Of a DNA stretch of 64,000 bases, positions 11,701-20,539 are shown piece after piece. The translations under genes were made by a program, and so were the position numbers. Below the pieces are notes generated by a model, which did no database searches, was not told the origin of the DNA, and worked only from the letters and a program-made list of their open reading frames with translations. Source of the stretch: Candidatus Latescibacterota bacterium. GTDB lineage: Bacteria > Latescibacterota > UBA2968 > UBA8231. Where the stretch lies: positions 3,456,001 to 3,520,000 of the forward strand of contig OZ252098.1 of the NCBI GenBank assembly GCA_965248355.1. The letters are read 5' to 3'. Positions within the stretch are counted from its first letter, which is position 1, and each line of letters begins with the position of its first letter.

Positions 11701-14335
11701 AGGCGATGGCGCCGCCTTCCTCGTGCTCGGTCATGAGCTCGCTCAGGGCCTCGACCGTGGGCAGGGTGAAGAGCCCGTTCAGGCAGGAGAGGGCCATGAT
11801 CAGGGGCAGACGGCCGCCGTTGCGCACCTGGTTCAGGTACTCCCAGTCCGGGAAGCCGGTGGAGAACAGGAACTGCATCGCCCCGGCCGCGCCGTGGCCG
11901 GAGAAGTTGACGATCAGGGCCCCGTCGTTGAGGGCGTCGAGGAAGGCCTTGCCCCGGGGGTTCGGCAGGGGAGCCTCGTCCGGCGCGTAGATGCGCACCG
12001 ACTGCAGCCCCGCCGGCTCCGTGTAGCGCGCCGCGAGCGAGTCGAGGGGGCCGGAGAACTCGTCCTTGGCGTGCCAGTTGGCGGCGAAGACCGAGCGGCT
12101 GCGCCAGTCCCCCGGCTCAGGGTTGGAGTCGTAGGCGATGATCTTGTCCACCACCCGCTCCGCCTCCGCCGCCGAGTCGACGGTCAGCCGCCCCACGGAC
12201 AGGTCGGCCAGCAGGTCATCGCCGTCTACCAGGGCGAGGTGGTAGTCGGAGGGCGAGAACCCGCGCTCCCGCGCCAGGTAGTAGCGGGTGGGCACGAGCG
12301 CCTGGTCCCGCCGGCCGGTGTAGATCCCGCGGTAGTCCCAGGTCGCGTCCCCCATGAGGGTGACGTACGCCGGCCGCGGCACCCAGGTCCGGTAGGCGTG
12401 GCCGATGAAGTCGGCCACCGCCTGGCGCTGGACCCGGCCGAAGCTGAACTCGTCGTAGAGGTCCTCGATGGATACGACCGCCACCTGCAGCCCGTCGCCG
12501 CGCCGGTGGCCGGCGAGACGCCGGGCGGCGCCCAGGAACTCCGGGTGGGAGATGATCACGTAGTCGGCGCCGTGGGCGCCGGAGCGCCAGTCGGAGGGGG
12601 TATCGGGAACGCCCTCCGGCTCCCTCAGGGAGAGGCTGTCCACGGCCACGTAGAGCGGCGGCGCGGCGGGAGCGTCCTCGAAGGTGACCCGGAAGGTGCT
12701 GTCGGCGGAGGTGACCGCCGCCCCCGTCAGCAGCGTCCCGTCAGCGACGTCGAAGAGCAGCACCCGCGGGTGCCGGAACCCCTCCACGGTGATGCGATGG
12801 CCGTCCGGGGCGGCCTCGGTGGGCGCCGCCAGGAACCCCGGATGGGCGTGGAACCGGCGGCGGTAGGTGACCCGGAACCAGTTGAACCAGATCTGGTCGA
12901 CCTTGATGCGGTCGGCGTAGCCCTGCAGGAGCACGCGATTGCGGGGCCGCAGCCAGCCGGAGGGCACGGCGGCGGCGATGACGCGCGGCACCTGTCCGGC
13001 CCAGTAGGCCTCCTCCAGGATCCGTGAGCCGGCGCCGGCCCAGTTGAAATGCACCACCGTGTGGTGCTCGCCGAATCCCTCCCCCGTCCGCCCCTGGAGG
13101 GCGACCTCCACCCGCGCCTCGTACTCCTCCTCGTCGTACATGGCGGTGATGTCGCCGGCGAAGGTCTGGCTGGAGGGCTTGTCCGGATGCGTGACGAAGA
13201 GCGCGTCCTGGGGAGGCTGCCAGAACCAGCGGTCGAGGTGCGGGTCGGTGGCGAACCCCAGCTGATCGAAGCTGCGGTCGATCTCGTGATGCGCCGCGTG
13301 AAGGTACCACTCTCTCTCGGGGTAGCCGCGGTCCGGGGCGGCGTCGCGCCCCTCGTAGCGCCGGCCCGGCGCGCCGCCCCAGGTGAGCCAGTAGGTCTCC
13401 AGGGGGCCGTACTCGCTCTCGTGGTCGCGCTCCTCGCCGGCCATGAGCGCGCGCCGGTAGCGTCCGTAGAACAGGAACTCGTCCCCGGCGTCGAAGGACC
13501 CGTCCTCGCCGCCGCTCACGACCAGGGGGATCTCGGCGCCGGCGTGGAACATGCGGAACGTGCGCGGGTCCACCGGGCCGGGGTCGAGGTCGGAGAACGG
13601 CTCCCACCCCGGGGTGATGCGGTACACGCCGTCGGCCTGCACGAGGACCTTCATCCACGGTTGCGCCGGATCGTACCAGCCATCGGCCGCGGCCGGCCGA
13701 GCCGCCGGCAGGGGTGCCTCTCCGGCGGCGGGGGGCGGGTTGATGAAGGCGCCGCGCAGGAAGTCGCCGTGGGGATCGCGAAGAGCGGCGGGCCTGCTCG
13801 CCTCCCCGCCGTGGAAGGTCACGTCCACGACGAGCCGGCGGTGCACGCGGACCCGCCCGGAGAGCGGATCGACCTGCCACGGGAACAGCCACAGCCGGTG
13901 GGCGGGCGTGCCCCTCAGCCGGCCGAGGGGCTCGGTGTGGGCGAGGGCCTCGACCTGGCGAGGGTCCAGGCCCTCGGCCTGGCTGTCCGCGGCGGCCGGC
14001 TCCACGCCGAAGAAGTCCTCGTGGAACTCGGAGACCACGGACAGCCGCAGACGCGCCCCCGGTGGAGCCGCCACCAGGGCCGCCACGTAGGGCAGATCCA
14101 CGCCCCCGGGACCCGCTCCCCTGGGCAGCCCCGGAGCCTGGATGGGCCAGCTCCCACGACCGGCGCCCCCCGGGCCGATCCCGGCTTCGACCTCAAGCAC
14201 GAGGCGCAACCCACCGGCGCCGGACTCCACCACCCGCAGCCCGGCGCCGGGCGGGGCGGCGGCGGCCTGCGGCGCCAAGGCGCAGGCAACGCCCACCGCG
14301 GCGAGGACGAGCAAGGGTCGCGGGCGAAGGGTCAC
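8759..14335 (-). CDS. C25 family cysteine peptidase (gingipain/PorU-like) with propeptide, CARDB domain, propeller-like region and C-terminal FlgD/T9SS-like Ig domain (~1858 aa)
   Basis: Signal peptide from GTG 14335; 'ADYVIISHPEF', 'EDLYDEFSFG', 'YVTLMGDA', 'LSVGRL'; catalytic 'NFSGHG' and 'ALSCLNG'; CARDB 'DAADQVDEADESDN'; C-terminal 'HPHP...YALSGRRIR...WDGRDEAGRLLANGTYLYVL'. Confidence 0.85.
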   Translation of the reverse strand: MTLRPRPLLVLAAVGVACALAPQAAAAPPGAGLRVVESGAGGLRLVLEVEAGIGPGGAGRGSWPIQAPGLPRGAGPGGVDLPYVAALVAAPPGARLRLSVVSEFHEDFFGVEPAAADSQAEGLDPRQVEALAHTEPLGRLRGTPAHRLWLFPWQVDPLSGRVRVHRRLVVDVTFHGGEASRPAALRDPHGDFLRGAFINPPPAAGEAPLPAARPAAADGWYDPAQPWMKVLVQADGVYRITPGWEPFSDLDPGPVDPRTFRMFHAGAEIPLVVSGGEDGSFDAGDEFLFYGRYRRALMAGEERDHESEYGPLETYWLTWGGAPGRRYEGRDAAPDRGYPEREWYLHAAHHEIDRSFDQLGFATDPHLDRWFWQPPQDALFVTHPDKPSSQTFAGDITAMYDEEEYEARVEVALQGRTGEGFGEHHTVVHFNWAGAGSRILEEAYWAGQVPRVIAAAVPSGWLRPRNRVLLQGYADRIKVDQIWFNWFRVTYRRRFHAHPGFLAAPTEAAPDGHRITVEGFRHPRVLLFDVADGTLLTGAAVTSADSTFRVTFEDAPAAPPLYVAVDSLSLREPEGVPDTPSDWRSGAHGADYVIISHPEFLGAARRLAGHRRGDGLQVAVVSIEDLYDEFSFGRVQRQAVADFIGHAYRTWVPRPAYVTLMGDATWDYRGIYTGRRDQALVPTRYYLARERGFSPSDYHLALVDGDDLLADLSVGRLTVDSAAEAERVVDKIIAYDSNPEPGDWRSRSVFAANWHAKDEFSGPLDSLAARYTEPAGLQSVRIYAPDEAPLPNPRGKAFLDALNDGALIVNFSGHGAAGAMQFLFSTGFPDWEYLNQVRNGGRLPLIMALSCLNGLFTLPTVEALSELMTEHEEGGAIAFISATALSRTAQNRLLSDQFYSQLFAEGRLRFGPVLDAAKARVLAAHSSYRDVVETMQLIGDPAQELALPPGADYAAVDLAVHGGSVTTGATVTLTGRVRNNTRLGADSLTVALFGEAPGAAPDTLWLQRRGPFAGSDSLRFDWAVGDRRGPYRLSLVIDAADQVDEADESDNRLDLSLHILDARAADPLHPADGGLAAAPELAALTPVDAWGESAGLACEFALTTDPGFPDSATAWSPLVPAQQGRAEHAFEAMAGTPLYWRVRLVDGAVTGPWSPVRTFSLEPSPPGPAEGLWRVRADQLLALGESDGDLAAEGEAVVVSSRRPAFRPSAATREDGFTVNELDGAGIVATDGKYLYAKRWFNDPSTQYAGTDFLARIGTGFGGTERGRFYGFLPDSTSGGIAATGHSDGYLYCDAGRTFELERLDPGTGRVDTVRVPDGLVDWKTGRVVDEPAPGQVIHTLITSDGRYVYNASMSSAVGMRVGWRVRVFEPRAGWRLVREFVAPPTETGFTYLWTDGLFADGERLYLMEYGGRRRIRAVSAADGAFIDEWTSDQEETGILAGQYDWVNDRVWLADLGAVVRPGQPLEETGASFFRYGRRGRRQPARLWSPPIGPAAAWGTLSVDGAGVEVGVEGASTDGGWSELPGLAVAAPGSADLSAIDAERFRRLRLAARIDTAAGARLSGWQVGYTGLADLEVVAAEAGEGVVRAAVRNRGVVLSGPAFLRLEGAHGEPLRERRLPALSAGALVAAVFDSLRPLRAGDRVRVLYKGADADPGNDAVLLAGLGPRLIFRAWPGGHRLQSGDILGSQALWIEADRPGRIQVTVDGVPVTADSTWTADGASALYRPAEGFQEVEARLVDDGGEFAAARIHLFVSPRLVAANVLVHPHPVVREGAAFTFFLPRAAAVGVELYALSGRRIRRLGPLPFDAGFGQLPWDGRDEAGRLLANGTYLYVLTAKAGGERFHRRSAFVVARRPSY

Positions 14336-14502
14336 GGGAGAGGCCGAGAGCTTATCGTAAGCGCATGGGAGACAAGAGCATGCCCAGGGGCCAAGGTACG
14401 GGCGCCGGGACCGGCGAGCCAGCCGGCGACACCGGGGGTGGAGGCCTCCGTCGGGGGCGACCTCCGCGGCGGGGGCGATCCCCCGACGGCGACGCGCCCG
14501 GC

Positions 14503-15981
14503 TCAGCCCCCGGCCCGGAACTGAAAGGCGTAGAGCTTCATCCCCCGCATGACGAAGCGCAGCCGCACCGGCGCGCCGGCCTGCGAGGCGAGGTCCCCGC
14601 CGCGCCAGGTCACGTGCTTGTGGAGGCTGTTCCCGCGCACGGTCCCGCCCTCCGCCAGGCTCAGCCCGGGCAGCGGCCGGCCGTCCTCGCCGAGCACCTC
14701 CGCCTGCAGCCAGCCGCCGGCGCTGCCGTCGCAGTTCACCTCCAGCCGATCCCCCTCGAAGGTGAGCGGCGGCGTGGTGAAGGTGCCGCCGCCGTAGCCG
14801 GCGTCGGCGGAGACGAAGCCGTCTCGGCGCAGGCTGGCGCGGAAGATGCCGCTGCGGCGGGCCAGGGCGGCGGCGTCCACCCCGGGCGGCAGGTCGCGGT
14901 GGAGGCGGACGGTGCCGGCGTAGTAGAGCCACAACTCCTCGCCGACCGGGATCAGCCAGGGGTTGGCGTAGATCATGCCGCTGGTGGGGCTGTCGTCGAA
15001 GCCCTGGCGCAGGAACGGCTCCCTCTCCCCGGCCCGGCCCCAGCTGACGCCGTCGCGGCTGGTTAGCAGCTGCACGTCCAGGGTGGCCGGGAACTGCTTC
15101 CGGCCCCAGTGGTAGTAGACCGCCGGCAGCATCAGGTACACGTCTTCCGCCCACGGGTACTTCATGGCGCAGCTCGTGTAGATGTCGACACAGGGGCGCC
15201 CGGACTCGTTCTCCCCCGGCAGCGGCATGCCGAGGTCGGCGGCATCCGCCTCGAACACGATCTGCAGCGGCGTCCAGTTGCGGAAGTCGGTGGAGGTGAC
15301 GCGTCCGACGCTGCGGTACGGCTGGCCGCCGGCCTCGGCGGCCTCGTCCCGGTGCTGGGTGGCGCTCACCCGCGTGTAGCCGACATAGCAATGGAGCCGG
15401 TCGTCCACGAACAGCATGTTCTGCGTGTCGCAGGCGCCCCGGGGATTCGGCTGGCCGTCGTAGCAACTCCAGCGCAGGCCGTCGGGCGAGTGCATGGCCC
15501 ACAGACCGGGCTCGACGCCGGCCTCCATCTCCTCGTCCGTGGGCCGGTACTTCGTCCACAGCTTGTAGCGCTCCGCCTCGGGGGCGGCCTCGTCGCGCAG
15601 CACGGTGGCGCCCTGCATCGACTGCCGCTCCACCTGGGGAGCGACGATGTTGTTGGCCCTGGCGCCGCCGAACTCGATCAGGCCGAGGTCGGGTTTGGTC
15701 CAGGCGAGACCGTCCGCGGACTCGGCGTAGCAGAGGCGGCGGGCGCCCTCGGCGGGCAGGCCGCCGATGACACAGGCGTCGTACCACAGCCGGAAGCGGC
15801 CGTCCGGCTCGAGCATGGCCGTGTTGTAGGCGCCGATGCCGTGGGACTCCCAGGGCCGGTCGGGTACCAGAACGGGTTCGGGATGCTGAACGGGGGGGTT
15901 CATGCACAGGCGCACGCCCTCGGAGCGCTCGATGAAGCGCTCGTCGACGAACAGCTGCCGTCGGGTGCCGACGTTCCACAT
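14503..15981 (-). CDS. Uncharacterised glycoside-hydrolase-like beta-propeller protein (492 aa)
   Basis: Start MWNVGTRRQLFVD with RBS AGGAG; motifs 'YAESADGLAWTKPDLGL', 'SPDGLRW', 'SRDGVSW'; paralog of 33344-34837. Confidence 0.75.
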   Translation of the reverse strand: MWNVGTRRQLFVDERFIERSEGVRLCMNPPVQHPEPVLVPDRPWESHGIGAYNTAMLEPDGRFRLWYDACVIGGLPAEGARRLCYAESADGLAWTKPDLGLIEFGGARANNIVAPQVERQSMQGATVLRDEAAPEAERYKLWTKYRPTDEEMEAGVEPGLWAMHSPDGLRWSCYDGQPNPRGACDTQNMLFVDDRLHCYVGYTRVSATQHRDEAAEAGGQPYRSVGRVTSTDFRNWTPLQIVFEADAADLGMPLPGENESGRPCVDIYTSCAMKYPWAEDVYLMLPAVYYHWGRKQFPATLDVQLLTSRDGVSWGRAGEREPFLRQGFDDSPTSGMIYANPWLIPVGEELWLYYAGTVRLHRDLPPGVDAAALARRSGIFRASLRRDGFVSADAGYGGGTFTTPPLTFEGDRLEVNCDGSAGGWLQAEVLGEDGRPLPGLSLAEGGTVRGNSLHKHVTWRGGDLASQAGAPVRLRFVMRGMKLYAFQFRAGG

Positions 15982-16197
15982 GTCTGAGGCTCCTGCCGGG
16001 GGGATCACCGCAAGGGGGAGGGGCAAAGGTAGGCACGGAGAGGAGTTGCGGATCATTCGGGTTGGCGCCGGCGTCGAGCAGGATCTGCCAATACCGGGCT
16101 CTCCCGTGAGGCGGGAGCGACGCCCGCGCCGGGCCTGACCCGCCGGCGACCGACTATCTTGGAGAACGGCAGGACCTGACGCGACAGGAGGCAGAGC

Positions 16198-17172
16198 GTG
16201 GAATCCGATACCGTCCTCTACCTGAACCGCCAAGACGTGGAACGGGTCGACCTGGGGATGCCCGCCATCATCGACGCCCTGGAGGCGATGTTCCTCGAGA
16301 AGGGGCAGGGCCGCGTCGAAATGCCGCCCAAGCCCGGCATCCACACCCGCTCCGACGCCTTCATCCACGCCATGCCCGCCTGGATCCCGAGCTTGAAGGC
16401 GGCCGGCGTGAAGTGGATCTCGGGATATCCGGGCAACCAGGCCCGGGGGCTGCCCTACATCAACGGCCTGCTGATCCTCAACGATCCCGAGACCGGCCTG
16501 CCCACGGCGATCATGGACGCCACCTGGATCACGGCGCAGCGCACGGGCGCGGCCACCGCCGTGGCCGCAAGGCACCTCGCCCGTCCGGAGAGCGAGTCGG
16601 CGGGCATCATCGCCTGCGGCGTTCAGGGGCGCAGCAACCTGGAGGCCCTCGCCTGCCTCTTCGACCTGCGCGCCGTGCGGGCCTTCGACATCCACCGGGA
16701 GGTGGCCGAGGACTTCGCCGCGGGCATGTCGGAGAAACTCGGGCTCGATGTGGAAGTCGTGGAGGAACCCCGAGAAGCGGTGACCGGCGCCGACCTGGTG
16801 GTCACCAGCGGACCGATCCGCGAGGAGCCCGAACCGGTGATCGACGCCGGCTGGCTGGCGCCCGGCGCCTTCGCCTCCCCCGTGGACTTCGACGCCTACT
16901 GGACGGGCGCCGCCTTCGCCGAGGCGGACAAGCTGGCCACCGACGACCTCGGGCAGTTCGGCTACTACCGGCAGCAGGGGTACTTCCGAGACACGCCCGA
17001 GCCGCAGTCCGACCTGGGCCAGATCGTGGCCGGCCTGAGACCCGGACGGGAAGGCGAGGACGAGCGCATCATCGCCGTCAACCTCGGGATCGCTCTCGAG
17101 GACATGGCCACGGCGATCCTGGTCTACGAGCGGGCCGTCGAGATGGGCATCGGCGCGCCCCTGCCACTGTAA
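16198..17172 (+). CDS. Ornithine cyclodeaminase/mu-crystallin family protein
   Basis: 'HAMPA', 'GVKWISGYPGN', 'DPETGLP', 'ITAQRTGAATAVA', 'GIALED'. Confidence 0.92.
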   Translation: MESDTVLYLNRQDVERVDLGMPAIIDALEAMFLEKGQGRVEMPPKPGIHTRSDAFIHAMPAWIPSLKAAGVKWISGYPGNQARGLPYINGLLILNDPETGLPTAIMDATWITAQRTGAATAVAARHLARPESESAGIIACGVQGRSNLEALACLFDLRAVRAFDIHREVAEDFAAGMSEKLGLDVEVVEEPREAVTGADLVVTSGPIREEPEPVIDAGWLAPGAFASPVDFDAYWTGAAFAEADKLATDDLGQFGYYRQQGYFRDTPEPQSDLGQIVAGLRPGREGEDERIIAVNLGIALEDMATAILVYERAVEMGIGAPLPL

Positions 17173-17201
17173 CGCCGCCACCAACAACAAGAGGAGCCGC
17201 C

Positions 17202-17777
17202 ATGATCGACAACCAGTTCACCCGCGGGCCCGAGGGCTGGTGCTCCTACGACTACCACGCCAGCATGGTCACCGGCACCAACGTCTTCATCCTGGCCACC
17301 TGGAGCCAGGACGGCGGCGTCGAGGACGGCGGCTGCGTGTGGTCGGACCACACGCGCTGGAGCGCCGACACCCCCGAGAAGCCGCTGTCGATCCTGCCGC
17401 TGCTCCACTACCGCGGCTGGGTGGACGACGATCCCGTCGACCTGCGTAACGCCGAGGTCTCGGTGTACCTGCGCGGGGACGACCTGAATCTCGACGGGGC
17501 CCGCTGCTACTTCTGGGCGCACGTGACGCGCACGCGCTGGCACCTGACCAGCGCGCCCCTGCGGATCGGCGACGGCGCCTGGACCTCGGAGCCGAACCGC
17601 TTCCGGCTGACGCCGGACGAGAGCCTGTGGCACAACAGCTGGACGTCCGATCCGGACGGGCCCCGGCGCCTCGAGCCGCTGCTGGCCGAGGCGGAGAGCT
17701 ACGGGATCTCTTTCGTCGGGTTCTCCGGCGAGGTCACCGGGAGGCTGTCGATGTCCCGGTTCTCGATCGCGCGCTGA
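17202..17777 (+). CDS. Hypothetical Trp-rich protein (191 aa), possibly jelly-roll/carbohydrate-binding fold
   Basis: RBS GAGGAG at 17191-17196, ATG 17202, strong GC3 bias. Confidence 0.7.
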   Translation: MIDNQFTRGPEGWCSYDYHASMVTGTNVFILATWSQDGGVEDGGCVWSDHTRWSADTPEKPLSILPLLHYRGWVDDDPVDLRNAEVSVYLRGDDLNLDGARCYFWAHVTRTRWHLTSAPLRIGDGAWTSEPNRFRLTPDESLWHNSWTSDPDGPRRLEPLLAEAESYGISFVGFSGEVTGRLSMSRFSIAR

Positions 17778-17781
17778 GCCC

Positions 17782-19095
17782 TCAGTCGTCGAGGGCCCGG
17801 TCCACGGCCTCGACGAGACCGTCCACGTGCCCGGCCTCCATGGGCAGGGACAGGGCGTTCATCGACATGGAGTGGCTCAACAGGCAGCCCTGAAGGAGCA
17901 CGGAGAGGAAGACGCGGGAGCCGCGCTCCCTGTCGGCGCGCGCCATCTCGCGCCAGGTGCGCAGCGGCGGCTCGACGAAGTGGATGCTGAAGAGGGATCC
18001 GGCGACCACGGGCTCCGCCGCCACGCCGCGGCGCTCGAAGACCTCGCGCAGGCCCGACTGCAGCCGCTGCCCGAGATCGTTGAGATGGGCAAACGCCCCG
18101 GGCGTGAGCTGCCGCAGGGTGGCCAGGCCCGCCGCCGCGGTCACCGGGTGGCCGCTGAAGGTGCCGCTCTGGGAGAACCCGGTGGGCTCACCGGTGTTGT
18201 CGAAGCGTTCCATCAGGTCGGCGCGCCCCCCGAAAGCCCCCACGGGGAACCCGCCCCCTACGAGCTTGCCGAAGGTTGTCACGTCGGGATCGATGCCGTA
18301 GTGGGCCTGCAGGCCTCCAATGCCCATGCGGAAGCCGACGATCTCGTCGAACATGAGCAGCATGTCCAGGTCGCGGGTGATCTCGCGCACGAAACGCACG
18401 AAGGCCGGCCGCTGGGGCAGGATGCCCGCCTTCGGGTCCAGCAGCACGCAGCCGACCTCGTGGCGGTGGGTCTTGAGCAGGGCCTCGACGGCGGCTTCGT
18501 CGTCGTAGGGCAGGATCAGGGCCTCGGCCACGGCCCCCGGCGAGATCCCGCCCGTGCCGGGCACGGCCACCGGCGCCGAGGCCGGTCCCGCCTTCTCCAG
18601 CGGCGGCGCGACGCTGATCTCCACGGCGTCGTGGCTGCCGTGGTAGCCGCCCTCGAACTTGGCCACCCGCGGGCGTCCGCTGACCCCGCGCAGCAGGCGC
18701 ACGGCGTGCAGGGTGGCCTCGGTGCCGGAGTTCGTGAAGCGGATGCGCTCCACCGAGGCGACGCGGCGGCACATCTCGGCGGCCAGCTCGGTCTCCGCGC
18801 CGGCCGGCGCCCCGAGGACGGCACCGCGCTCCAGCTGCTCCTCCACCGCGGCGCGCACGGCGGCGTTGCCGTGGCCGAGGATCTGGGCCGTGTGATGGTT
18901 CTGGAAGTCGACGTAGCGATTGCCGTCCACGTCGACGACGGTGCAGCCCTCGCCCCGGGCCATGGAGAGCGGCCAGGGCGAGTGGAAGTAGGCCCCCTTG
19001 ACGGCCCCCGCCGTCGAGGCGCGGGCGGCCTCGAAGCGCAGGCGCGAAGTGGGGGTGGCGGCGCGGTAGCGCTGCTCCAGGTCGTCGGAGTTCAT
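17782..19095 (-). CDS. Class III PLP aminotransferase (glutamate-1-semialdehyde aminomutase-like)
   Basis: 'RFTNSGTEAT', 'KFEGGYHGSHD', 'MFDEIVGFR', 'TTFGKLVGGGFPVGAFGG', 'SGTFSGHP'. Confidence 0.9.
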   Translation of the reverse strand: MNSDDLEQRYRAATPTSRLRFEAARASTAGAVKGAYFHSPWPLSMARGEGCTVVDVDGNRYVDFQNHHTAQILGHGNAAVRAAVEEQLERGAVLGAPAGAETELAAEMCRRVASVERIRFTNSGTEATLHAVRLLRGVSGRPRVAKFEGGYHGSHDAVEISVAPPLEKAGPASAPVAVPGTGGISPGAVAEALILPYDDEAAVEALLKTHRHEVGCVLLDPKAGILPQRPAFVRFVREITRDLDMLLMFDEIVGFRMGIGGLQAHYGIDPDVTTFGKLVGGGFPVGAFGGRADLMERFDNTGEPTGFSQSGTFSGHPVTAAAGLATLRQLTPGAFAHLNDLGQRLQSGLREVFERRGVAAEPVVAGSLFSIHFVEPPLRTWREMARADRERGSRVFLSVLLQGCLLSHSMSMNALSLPMEAGHVDGLVEAVDRALDD

Positions 19096-20084
19096 GGAAA
19101 GCTCACGATCCGGCCGCTGTCGGCCGACTCTCGCGCCAGCAGGCAGGCCCGGGTCATCTCGATGGCATCCTCGGGTCCGAGAAGGGCCTGGGACCGGCCC
19201 GCCGCGGCGTCGACGAAGTCGGGGAAGATCTGCCGGTCGCAGGAGGTCTCGAGGCGCTGCTCGCCATCCCCCCCGGCGCCGATGAGGACCACTTCGCCGC
19301 CGAGCACGTCGAGGACGCCCTCGCTGCCGACGATGTGCAGACGGTCGTCGCCGTGGCTCGGAGCCGCGTCAGGCCGCAGGTAGTCGATGCTGACCGACGC
19401 GTAGACATCGTCCTCGAGAGTGAAGTGGCACAGCGCCGAGACCTCGAGCTCGCCGTGGCCGCGGTTGTGGGCGGCGGAGTGGGTGGCGTACACGCTTCGG
19501 AAGGACTTCCCCGAGGTGTACCAGCGGATCCAGTCGACGGCGTGGCTGCCGACCCAGGGGATGGTGCCGCCGTAGGTGGCCCGCTCCTGGTAGAAGGGCG
19601 CCCGCCGGCCCAGGCGGTAGGACTTCCGGGCGTTGAGAAGACGGACCTCGCCCACGGCGCCCTCGCGGACCCTCCTCCAGGCGGTGTGGAAGGCGGGGTC
19701 GTAGCGCAGCCCCATCATGGCGGCGAAGTGCACGCCCGCGGACTCCCGTGCCTCGGCGACCTCCTCGAGTTCGTCCAGAGTGAGGGCCACCGGTTTCTCG
19801 CAGAAGACGTGGATACCGCGCCGGAAGGCCTCCACGCAGATCTCGGCGTGGCGGTGGAAGGGGCCGGCGATGGAGACGAGTTCGGGCCGCACGGCGTCGA
19901 GCATCTCCGCCGGCTGGTCCCAGACCCGCGGCTCGTGCCCCAGGTCCCGGCACTTCGACAGCAGGCCCCCCGGGTCGTCCCCCTCGGCGGCCGTGCACAG
20001 GCCGGCGACGCTCACGTCCGTCAGCGGCAGTCCGGACAGGACGTAGCTGTTGTGCCCCCGGACCCCGACCATGCACAGCTTCAT
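19092..20084 (-). CDS. Gfo/Idh/MocA family oxidoreductase
   Basis: 'HVFCEKPVA', 'GGTIPWVGSHAVD'. Confidence 0.9.
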   Translation of the reverse strand: MKLCMVGVRGHNSYVLSGLPLTDVSVAGLCTAAEGDDPGGLLSKCRDLGHEPRVWDQPAEMLDAVRPELVSIAGPFHRHAEICVEAFRRGIHVFCEKPVALTLDELEEVAEARESAGVHFAAMMGLRYDPAFHTAWRRVREGAVGEVRLLNARKSYRLGRRAPFYQERATYGGTIPWVGSHAVDWIRWYTSGKSFRSVYATHSAAHNRGHGELEVSALCHFTLEDDVYASVSIDYLRPDAAPSHGDDRLHIVGSEGVLDVLGGEVVLIGAGGDGEQRLETSCDRQIFPDFVDAAAGRSQALLGPEDAIEMTRACLLARESADSGRIVSFP

Positions 20085-20088
20085 GCGG

Positions 20089-20499
20089 TCACCGGAGGCC
20101 GACCCCCGGCCACTGGTCGTCGCTGGAGGTGACGTCGACGGTGATGCCGTCCGGGTCCTCCACCTTGAAGGCCGTATCCTCGATGTTGTGCACGTCCACG
20201 GGGACCTTGCCGGAGAGGCCGTCGGAGAAGATCTCGTAGCCCATGTCCAGCAGGCGTTGGGCCGCCGCCTCGAGATCGGGCACGCGGACGCCGATGTGCA
20301 GGTAGTCGAGCATGCCGCTCACGTGCCCGGGGCGCTCGGGGCCCTCGTGCTGGAAGACGCGGAAGTTGTGATGGCCGTCGCTCAGGTCGAAGGAGGTCCC
20401 GCGGTCGGCGACCACGGGCAGGCCGAGGCCGTCACGCCAGAACCGGATGGTGGCCCCGATGTCGGAGGCGCGGACGCCGACGTGGACGAGCGTGGTCAC
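20089..20499 (-). CDS. VOC/glyoxalase family protein
   Basis: 'HVGVRASDI...FWRDGLG', 'HIGVRVPDL', 'EDPDGITVD'. Confidence 0.85.
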   Translation of the reverse strand: MTTLVHVGVRASDIGATIRFWRDGLGLPVVADRGTSFDLSDGHHNFRVFQHEGPERPGHVSGMLDYLHIGVRVPDLEAAAQRLLDMGYEIFSDGLSGKVPVDVHNIEDTAFKVEDPDGITVDVTSSDDQWPGVGLR

Positions 20500-20539
20500 G
20501 GTCGATCTCCTGGTTGTGGGGTGGGTGGCGGTCCGGTAA

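Noticed and set aside
17782..19095. Assigning hemL to the aminotransferase
   Set aside because: GSA-AM-like but divergent and in a catabolic context without tetrapyrrole genes; symbol withheld.
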